54,358 nt of DNA from IMG/VR virus record IMGVR_UViG_3300023174_000214, positions 1 to 54,358 of that record; one strand, given 5' to 3'. A program made the position numbers and the translations under genes. A model generated the notes under the pieces. That model had not been told where the DNA came from. It ran no database searches and worked only from the letters and a program-made list of their open reading frames with translations. This stretch comes from a virus (lineage: Duplodnaviria; Caudoviricetes). Positions 29,417 to 36,413 of this stretch are shown in pieces (position 1 is the first letter of the stretch; each line of letters begins with the position of its first letter).

Positions 29417-29773
29417 ATGAACAAAGCAATTACTTACAACGACGCAATCTGGAACACTTCATCTCAAGAGCAAACTGTTTATCTAAACAAAGCAGCCACT
29501 AAGTTTACTGAAAAAGCTTCTAGTGGTACACACGTAGAATACGTTGACTTCTTTGGTAAGAAGCAAATTATCCCATGTCGTACTAATAAACAATTGAAAG
29601 AAGCAATGCAATTCTTATCAATGTTGAAACGCGAGTCAAATACTATCAATCAGATTTGTGCTCAATACAACGTTAAGAATGGTAAGTTTCAAAACTTATC
29701 TAAACTTAAGCAAGACTTAAGAAATGCGGGACTTACAGCAGCAGCTGTTAATCGTTTAGCTGTTATTAAGTAA
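29417..29773 (+). CDS. hypothetical early protein
   Basis: First ORF after cassette C. Confidence 0.65.
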   Translation: MNKAITYNDAIWNTSSQEQTVYLNKAATKFTEKASSGTHVEYVDFFGKKQIIPCRTNKQLKEAMQFLSMLKRESNTINQICAQYNVKNGKFQNLSKLKQDLRNAGLTAAAVNRLAVIK

Positions 29774-29822
29774 TAGCTATCTTATCACATTCACAAATTA
29801 TTAAATACAAAAAATCAAAGTT

Positions 29823-30251
29823 ATGAAAAAAGTACAAATTATCAATTCAGAAAAAATCAGTCAAGTAGAATTCATTGAAAATCGTAAAGGTCAATACAGA
29901 GCCATCGTTAAAGTCCAAGCCGGCTTTATGACGGTAGTAGACGACATCGGTATTCAAAACAATTGGGGTAAGCAACAATGGAATTCAGCTATCGATGTAT
30001 TTCGCGGCTTTAAGAAAGGCGCGCTACAAACGATTCAATTCAAAGCTGAAGGTACTGATTCGTGGTTGACTATATTTGCCAAAGCCGGTAACAAAGTAAA
30101 GCTTATGGACTATCAATTATTCAAAGATATGGAAGTTGGTGACATCAATCAGAATTGGTCACGTACTAATCTATATAGTCAAACTAACTATACGTTGTGT
30201 AAAGCAAAAACGTGGGCTGATAAAGCATTCGTTGTAAACAAATCTAAATAA
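29823..30251 (+). CDS. hypothetical protein
   Basis: AAAGTTATG leader. Confidence 0.65.
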   Translation: MKKVQIINSEKISQVEFIENRKGQYRAIVKVQAGFMTVVDDIGIQNNWGKQQWNSAIDVFRGFKKGALQTIQFKAEGTDSWLTIFAKAGNKVKLMDYQLFKDMEVGDINQNWSRTNLYSQTNYTLCKAKTWADKAFVVNKSK

Positions 30252-30281
30252 TCAATTCAATCAAAATATAAAATTAAAGTT

Positions 30282-30515
30282 ATGCAAAAAAACAATCCTT
30301 ACATCGACACTAACAACATTGACAGATCACAAGAGATCGAAGATATGTTTCAACCAACATTAGAAGACATTAAGAATGATCCAGAATTTTATGCTGAATT
30401 AGTTAACGATCTTATGTATCACGTTAAGTATGGTACTAGTATTACAAAGATTATGAAAATAGGCTTAGCATCAATGGAAGCATTTGATGCGCCTGATGTA
30501 GAAATGCCAATGTAA
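30282..30515 (+). CDS. hypothetical protein
   Basis: Junction-motif leader. Confidence 0.6.
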   Translation: MQKNNPYIDTNNIDRSQEIEDMFQPTLEDIKNDPEFYAELVNDLMYHVKYGTSITKIMKIGLASMEAFDAPDVEMPM

Positions 30516-30540
30516 TTAAATTCACTAAAAAATAAAAGTT

Positions 30541-30744
30541 ATGAACATGAGAAAAGTCAAAGCAATGATCGAATCAGCATTCACAAAAAGAGATGCTATG
30601 AATATGTTAGAAACTTGGAAAATATTCAAAGGCTTATCAGAAGTTGATTATCAAAAAGGTAGAGAACTTATTAGAAAACAATTTTATAAAAATAAAACAT
30701 CAGAAAGTTTCGAAGATTTTTGTAAATTTAAAAATGGACTTTAA
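30541..30744 (+). CDS. hypothetical protein
   Basis: Junction-motif leader. Confidence 0.6.
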   Translation: MNMRKVKAMIESAFTKRDAMNMLETWKIFKGLSEVDYQKGRELIRKQFYKNKTSESFEDFCKFKNGL

Positions 30745-30769
30745 TTAATCAAATCAAAAAATAAAAGTT

Positions 30770-31138
30770 ATGACGCAAAAAGAAATTAAAGCAATGGCAA
30801 AAGAAACGGTTGGAGATGGACAAACGCCAAATTTATGGTTCGTTACTTACGGTCCTCATGTAGCTGTTCACGACGGAGATATGTCTTACGATTTTGAATT
30901 GATCGAAGGTTATGATGAAAATATAGATACTGAAACATTTGGACCTTTCACATCTTATGAAGATGCATTAAGAGCTTATAATAAAATAGAATTAAGTTTT
31001 GATTATGGAGTTGGACAAGCATTCATTGAAGACAGAGAATGTGGCACAGTTACAGAGAAATGGTTGTACAAAAGAATAAGAACAGAATACGTAGAAGACG
31101 AATACGATAATTCAAAAAGGTTCTACAAAAATAATTAA
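30770..31138 (+). CDS. hypothetical acidic protein
   Basis: Junction-motif leader. Confidence 0.6.
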   Translation: MTQKEIKAMAKETVGDGQTPNLWFVTYGPHVAVHDGDMSYDFELIEGYDENIDTETFGPFTSYEDALRAYNKIELSFDYGVGQAFIEDRECGTVTEKWLYKRIRTEYVEDEYDNSKRFYKNN

Positions 31139-31158
31139 TCACAATAAAAATAAAAGTT

Positions 31159-31293
31159 ATGAAAAAGATATTTAAACAATTTCACAAACTTATGACAGAA
31201 GCATGTCATCCTATTGATCCAATACTTGTTTATATTTTTATGGTGATTGCGTTACTTATTCCTATTTTATATTACTTCAAATTAATAAATTAA
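31159..31293 (+). CDS. small membrane protein (44 aa, not in ORF track)
   Basis: AAAAGTTATG leader; PILVYIFMVIALLIPILYYF TM segment. Confidence 0.5.
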   Translation: MKKIFKQFHKLMTEACHPIDPILVYIFMVIALLIPILYYFKLIN

Positions 31294-31304
31294 AAATAAA
31301 AGTT

Positions 31305-31598
31305 ATGAAACAAAAAAAATTAACATTCCAACAAGTAGTAGCTCGCTTAGAAAAAGCTAACATTCCATGCACAGTTAAACGTTATGGATATGACGACGAA
31401 ATAACTTACTCGATAGAATTCGGCTTTAATTGGCCAGAAGAATTAGTCGAACAAGTTGATAAAGCATTTGAATGGTACGGCGAAAAAGTGCCAGATTACA
31501 TAGGACTGTGTGGCAGTTCAATCAGCGATAATATGACAGCGAATAAGAAAATAGCTGGTGGTCCTAAACTATATTCAGGCTGTTATAATAAGTGGTAA
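31305..31598 (+). CDS. hypothetical protein
   Basis: Junction-motif leader. Confidence 0.6.
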   Translation: MKQKKLTFQQVVARLEKANIPCTVKRYGYDDEITYSIEFGFNWPEELVEQVDKAFEWYGEKVPDYIGLCGSSISDNMTANKKIAGGPKLYSGCYNKW

Positions 31599-31651
31599 TT
31601 CACATCAAAAAATTGTAATAGAAAAAAAATTAATAATAAAAATATACAACT

Positions 31652-31864
31652 ATGTTTAACGATTTTGACTATCCAGAATTTAACGATCAATTTGACAACG
31701 ACGATTTGTTGCCATTCGAAGAAAACACAAAAGCTTTCAAAGCTGCCAAAAAAGATTTAGCGAAAGTTATGCCGAAACCTGAAGAACAAGAAGAGGTTGA
31801 AGACAACGACGATTATGTAGGTGATTGGATCACCATCACAGAAGACGACGGTGAAGATGACTAA
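31652..31864 (+). CDS. very acidic small protein
   Basis: 25 of 70 residues are D/E. Confidence 0.6.
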   Translation: MFNDFDYPEFNDQFDNDDLLPFEENTKAFKAAKKDLAKVMPKPEEQEEVEDNDDYVGDWITITEDDGEDD

Positions 31865-31920
31865 ATAGATAAATTATACTAATCAAAAATAATTAATTAA
31901 TTTTAACCCCAATTAAAAGT

Positions 31921-32133
31921 ATGAAGCACAAAACAAATCGTGAAGTATTGACAAAAGCAATCAAAGAATTAAGTGATATTGACTTAGTATTTTTACGTGA
32001 GCGTATGCTTACATCGTGTGATGAAATTCTAAGCAATAAAGAAGAGTTTATTAAAGGCACACAATTCGGTATAATATCACCGCATTTAATAATCGAGTGT
32101 ATAGAGAATATACAAGAAAAAATAAAGTTCTAA
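31921..32133 (+). CDS. hypothetical protein
   Basis: A-rich leader. Confidence 0.55.
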   Translation: MKHKTNREVLTKAIKELSDIDLVFLRERMLTSCDEILSNKEEFIKGTQFGIISPHLIIECIENIQEKIKF

Positions 32134-32193
32134 CACTTCGACTTAAAATTTCTTTATCTTAAAAAAATTATTTACATTTAATAAATTAAAGTT

Positions 32194-32553
32194 ATGAAAG
32201 CATTATTGATCGACTCAAAAAACAAAGTCGTAAAACAGATCGAAATCGGTGAACACTTCACTGAAATTTCAAAGGCAATAGATTGCGAAGTATTCGCAGC
32301 ACCTCACATTATGCACAACAATGATACTTTGTATTGCGATGATGAAGGTCTACTCAAGAATCCAGAAAATTTCTTCTTACTCGATAGCTATCCTCAACCA
32401 ATCGCAGGAAATGGTTTAATTTTGGGATGCGATGATGAAGGCGATAGCGTAGACGTTAGCATGAGTCTTGATGAATTATCAAACAAAGTCACATTCATGG
32501 ATATGCAAGCAGCATACACATGGTCATTAAAACAATCTTATCAATTCAACTAA
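32194..32553 (+). CDS. DUF3846-like protein
   Basis: MKALLID..LYCDDEGLL..PIAGNGLILGCDDEG. Confidence 0.7.
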   Translation: MKALLIDSKNKVVKQIEIGEHFTEISKAIDCEVFAAPHIMHNNDTLYCDDEGLLKNPENFFLLDSYPQPIAGNGLILGCDDEGDSVDVSMSLDELSNKVTFMDMQAAYTWSLKQSYQFN

Positions 32554-32565
32554 AAAATAAAACGT

Positions 32566-32790
32566 ATGAATATAGAAACAATCACACGAGAAGAATTAGA
32601 ATTTTGTTATTATAAGCAAGGTAATGCAGGAGGATTTAAAACAAGACTAATTGAAGCCATTTTTGCAGCTGATGACAACAATCGTAATAGAATAGCTCAA
32701 GGTTTTCCAGAATTGGTAGAAGTAATTAATAGATACGGAAAAGAACGAGGCTATTGGGAAGATCTACAAGAGAGATTCAAAAATTGCTAA
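32566..32790 (+). CDS. conserved small phage protein
   Basis: GGFKTRLIEAIFAADDNNRNRIAQGFPEL motif. Confidence 0.6.
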   Translation: MNIETITREELEFCYYKQGNAGGFKTRLIEAIFAADDNNRNRIAQGFPELVEVINRYGKERGYWEDLQERFKNC

Positions 32791-32830
32791 ACAAATCATT
32801 CAAAAATTGTAAACTAAAAAAATTAAAGTT

Positions 32831-33037
32831 ATGAGTACATGTAAAGTATGTCAAGAAGAAATACACCCGCTTCGAGTAAAAATGGGATATAAGACAACAT
32901 GTGTTAAGCACTCAACCGCTGAGCGATACACTGGATTTGTAGTTGCTGATAGCAAAACTGCTGACGCAATACAAATCATTAAAGATCCAGAAGTTGGTCG
33001 TAAATTAGTAGAATTAAGTAACGTTTACGGACACTAA
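32831..33037 (+). CDS. TraR/DksA-like zinc-finger protein (CxxC..CxxH)
   Basis: CKVCQEEIHPLRVKMGYKTTCVKHST; paralog of 26543. Confidence 0.5.
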   Translation: MSTCKVCQEEIHPLRVKMGYKTTCVKHSTAERYTGFVVADSKTADAIQIIKDPEVGRKLVELSNVYGH

Positions 33038-33053
33038 TAGATATTTATTACAT

Positions 33054-33653
33054 ATGTCTATAGAACTTAAAACATACGGAGATTTAAAGAAGTTGATTAA
33101 AGCCATATCGCTTAAACAAAAAGGAGAGAAAATCATTTCTCAAGGAAAAGAATTTGCTTTAGATCAAATATTAGGTCTTATACCTGGAGCATCTAATGCC
33201 AAAACTGCGTTTAATTTTTTTTCAGCAGCATTCAAAAAGCCTGATACAAAAAAGACAGGAACATGGTTAGATAGATTGGATATAGATGATGATATGTCAG
33301 ATATTGTAGATGATACTGTTGAAAATGGTTTTATGAAAGCGCTATCAGCAACACTAGAAAAGGAACCAGATACCAAAGAATTAGAATCTGATTTTAATAT
33401 GAATGCAAAAATGGTTGACTATCTCAAAAATAAACACAATGGAAGATCTATATCAGGAATTAAAGAAAATAAAACTATGAAATACAACTTTGAAAATTTG
33501 AGTCCAGACGAAAAGACGCAATTAGAAGAATACATATCAAGTGTTAAAGAGATACAAAAAGAAATAAAGAAACTAGTAAAAAAAGCTAAAGTATCTCAAA
33601 TGAAAGAAATTGGAGGAAACATGTCCAAAGGTTTAAATTTAAAAGACGAATAA
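33054..33653 (+). CDS. hypothetical protein
   Basis: 199-aa ORF after TATTTATT box. Confidence 0.6.
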   Translation: MSIELKTYGDLKKLIKAISLKQKGEKIISQGKEFALDQILGLIPGASNAKTAFNFFSAAFKKPDTKKTGTWLDRLDIDDDMSDIVDDTVENGFMKALSATLEKEPDTKELESDFNMNAKMVDYLKNKHNGRSISGIKENKTMKYNFENLSPDEKTQLEEYISSVKEIQKEIKKLVKKAKVSQMKEIGGNMSKGLNLKDE

Positions 33654-33680
33654 AAATAATTTTAAAACACCTACAAAATA

Positions 33681-33708
33681 AAGCTCCTCTTTTTAGAGGA
33701 GTTTTTTT
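33681..33708 (+). terminator. intrinsic terminator
   Basis: GCTCCTCT-TTTT-AGAGGAGT followed by a T-run. Confidence 0.75.
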
Positions 33709-33735
33709 ATATTTACATACAAGCAAATCATAAAT

Positions 33736-34317
33736 ATGGCAGACATAAAAACAATAAAAATCACAGACACTATCCCTTCTCGAGTGAGAAGTTATATAAG
33801 ACGTAAATATATAGACATCACATATCCTATCAAACAGTTTATATCGATCATTCACAATTTATGTCGTTGGTTTCCCGTTATTGTCAAAGACAGAGATTGG
33901 GACGATTATTATATTTGGGAAATACTAAAGTTTAAATTGACTAATCAAGCAAAATATATCTCATCTAAAGATAGACACTTAAATGCACAGCGAGATGCTC
34001 AAAAGATGAGACTGTGCGCCAAATTAATAGAAAAAATACAATCAGAATATTATCTTTCAGAGTATATGGATTACGAAGAAATAGAATTTGCATTTATGCC
34101 ATCAGAAATCAACGATAGATGTAAGATATTAGATATAAAAACAATAAAAGACAATCTCGATGATTACTATGCTAAGTATCCTCTTCAATATAAAAAGCTG
34201 GACAAATCACAATCAAAAAGAAGTATCGCTATAAAACTAGCAATCGCAAATCATACTAGAGCAAAAAAAATATTATTCACATTATTAGAAACAAATATTG
34301 AATCATGGTGGGATTAA
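33736..34317 (+). CDS. conserved hypothetical phage protein
   Basis: RWFPVIVKDRDWD..ILKFKL..C-terminal IESWWD family pattern. Confidence 0.65.
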   Translation: MADIKTIKITDTIPSRVRSYIRRKYIDITYPIKQFISIIHNLCRWFPVIVKDRDWDDYYIWEILKFKLTNQAKYISSKDRHLNAQRDAQKMRLCAKLIEKIQSEYYLSEYMDYEEIEFAFMPSEINDRCKILDIKTIKDNLDDYYAKYPLQYKKLDKSQSKRSIAIKLAIANHTRAKKILFTLLETNIESWWD

Positions 34318-34710
34318 TAATAACATTATCTATATCGGCAATAATATCTATATTGTGGGTAATAGGAATAGATAATCACATGAAATATAAAAACAAACAT
34401 CCTGACCATAAAGATGATGGATGGTTGGATTGGGATAAAAAACAAGATCAATGAATCAAACAGAGAAATATATTACATTAGACGATAACACTCGAGTGAA
34501 AGTAATAACAATCAAAAGAAAAGGGCCAAAAAGCAAATACCAAAGATCAAAATTAAAGTTAAACAAAGACGGATCTATAACGATATATGAATAGATGGTG
34601 GCAGCTGCATATAAGCTCAAATCTGCTGAAAAATAGACTAACCAATATATACATATATCCACAAAATAGACATCATTCTGGTAAGCTCAAAACAGCTCTA
34701 AAACTGCTCG

Positions 34711-34762
34711 GTAACTGGTTGAAAACCAATCAGTTGCAATGCATTGATAATCAAGTTGTTAC
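34711..34762. repeat. two overlapping 27-bp pseudo-palindromic units with IHF-consensus half-sites
   Basis: GTAACTGGTTG-AAAAC-CAATCAGTTGC and GCAATGCATTG-ATAAT-CAAGTTGTTAC, followed by ATATTA as at 20303. Confidence 0.6.
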
Positions 34763-34956
34763 ATATTAAAAATAAAATTTATGATAGACAAAAAAAAGTA
34801 CGTTATTAAGCCGCCTAAATTTGAATCAACAAGACAAAGCAAAACGATTTATCAAAGTGAAATAGAAACCGCACTTTGGAAATTAGGCGCAAACTACCAT
34901 AATTTAACTAAACAAGATGAGGATTTAATTTTAAAACTAGCAAACAGATTTTAATT

Positions 34957-35205
34957 ATGAAAAAAGCAATTTACTTCTCTACACAAACATGTGCTCCATG
35001 TAAAGCTCTAAAACCTATAGTGCAACAAGTATCAAATAATTTAAAAGTGCCAGTACAATATATAGATGCACAGATCCATACTCAAGAAGCCGCAAAATAT
35101 TCAATTAATCAAGTTCCTACTATATTGATATTGGATGGTGACACTGTTATTCGTCGACATATCGGACTTGCATCTCAATCTCAAATTCAAATCCTATTTT
35201 CATGA
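34957..35205 (+). CDS. thioredoxin-family protein
   Basis: YFSTQTCAPCK..VPT cis-Pro motif. Confidence 0.85.
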   Translation: MKKAIYFSTQTCAPCKALKPIVQQVSNNLKVPVQYIDAQIHTQEAAKYSINQVPTILILDGDTVIRRHIGLASQSQIQILFS

Positions 35206-35528
35206 TATACGAAACTTATTTACACTATTTTTTAGATTTAAAGAATTGCATAGGAAAATTTAAAGATAGACAATATGAAGCGATATTTCATGATCTATTA
35301 TTGCAAGCCACAGAAAATGCATGGAACGCCCGCGAATTGGGACTTAGCGAAACATTCAAACTATCTGAACGAGATATAGAAGATTTGTTTTCTGCAGCAA
35401 CAGATGAGTTAGTATCTAAAAATCTGGCATCTCTATCTGAAAAAGGAATGATCGATATTTCAGTGAATGAATCAGGAAATATGGTATATTCTATTTCTGA
35501 TTTAGGTAAAATATTTGTACAGAAATAA
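35202..35528 (+). CDS. hypothetical protein, possible C-terminal winged helix
   Basis: LASLSEKGMIDISVNESGNMVYSISDLG. Confidence 0.5.
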   Translation: MIYETYLHYFLDLKNCIGKFKDRQYEAIFHDLLLQATENAWNARELGLSETFKLSERDIEDLFSAATDELVSKNLASLSEKGMIDISVNESGNMVYSISDLGKIFVQK

Positions 35529-35560
35529 TTAGAATTAGAATCTGCGTATTTATTTACAGT

Positions 35561-36370
35561 ATGAATAATAAAAAGATAAACACAGAATCTGACATAAATA
35601 CATTTGAAGTAAGAGGCTATTTCAAACCAGAAAGCAGCTTTAAAACTATATCAGAATGGGAACAAATAGCAAATCAATTTCTTGATCAACAAAATCAAGG
35701 ATTCGATACACGAGGCGGAAAAGTATCTGATAGTCCAAAGTTGGTGGGTTTAATAAATCGTTATTTTAATTATCAATATTACGTAGAACCTATCCAGTTT
35801 CCAAAGCTGAGTCAAAAAGTGGTACTTGACTTTATAGAAGACTTTGTTAATTATAGAGTGTGGGAAATGAGACACGATTTTGAAGACCACTTGCCAGATA
35901 TAGAGTCTTGTAGATTTGCATACTTTTATTCAAGAGGAAATATAGAACCATACGTATTACTCGATAGCGAGTTTACTAAAAATGCATATGGATCTAATGA
36001 CATAGACACAGTTACATATCACTGGACTACAGAAGCTGGACTAATTAACTTGATAGAGTCAATTAAAAAAGGTAATACGTTTCCTATTTCTACATTTACA
36101 GTGCAATCTAAACAATTTTTCAGGCCTGAAAGTCGATACTTGGTTAAATTAGTAGGTAAACTAATCGCAGCATTTCAATCTGATACGAAATCTTTTTCTA
36201 CGGATACGGGCAATAAGGCTGCTAATATGTATAGATTCACTTTGCCTAATCACGAAGAAAATCTGTGTCCAGATTGGAAAACTTGTACAAGAGATCAAAC
36301 TCATTTGTGGAATGAAATAATTGTTACGCCAACTGGAATATTAAAGTACAAGAAAGTAGAAAGTCTATAA
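35561..36370 (+). CDS. hypothetical protein (possible ADP-ribosyltransferase-like fold)
   Basis: 269-aa ORF; YHWTT / ISTFT / WNEIIV spacing; function speculative. Confidence 0.55.
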   Translation: MNNKKINTESDINTFEVRGYFKPESSFKTISEWEQIANQFLDQQNQGFDTRGGKVSDSPKLVGLINRYFNYQYYVEPIQFPKLSQKVVLDFIEDFVNYRVWEMRHDFEDHLPDIESCRFAYFYSRGNIEPYVLLDSEFTKNAYGSNDIDTVTYHWTTEAGLINLIESIKKGNTFPISTFTVQSKQFFRPESRYLVKLVGKLIAAFQSDTKSFSTDTGNKAANMYRFTLPNHEENLCPDWKTCTRDQTHLWNEIIVTPTGILKYKKVESL

Positions 36371-36413
36371 TAAGACAATCGCAACAGCCGCATATTTATA
36401 CATAAACAATTAG

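Noticed and set aside
20215-33037. True integron with attC sites
   Set aside because: No tyrosine recombinase in the window, and the junctions lack the RYYYAAC..GTTRRRY inverted-repeat structure. The resemblance is only architectural.
34587-34769. 60-aa ORF in the track
   Set aside because: It overlaps the palindromic doublet and the end of a short upstream ORF (34451-34594) and has no typical leader, so it is probably non-coding.
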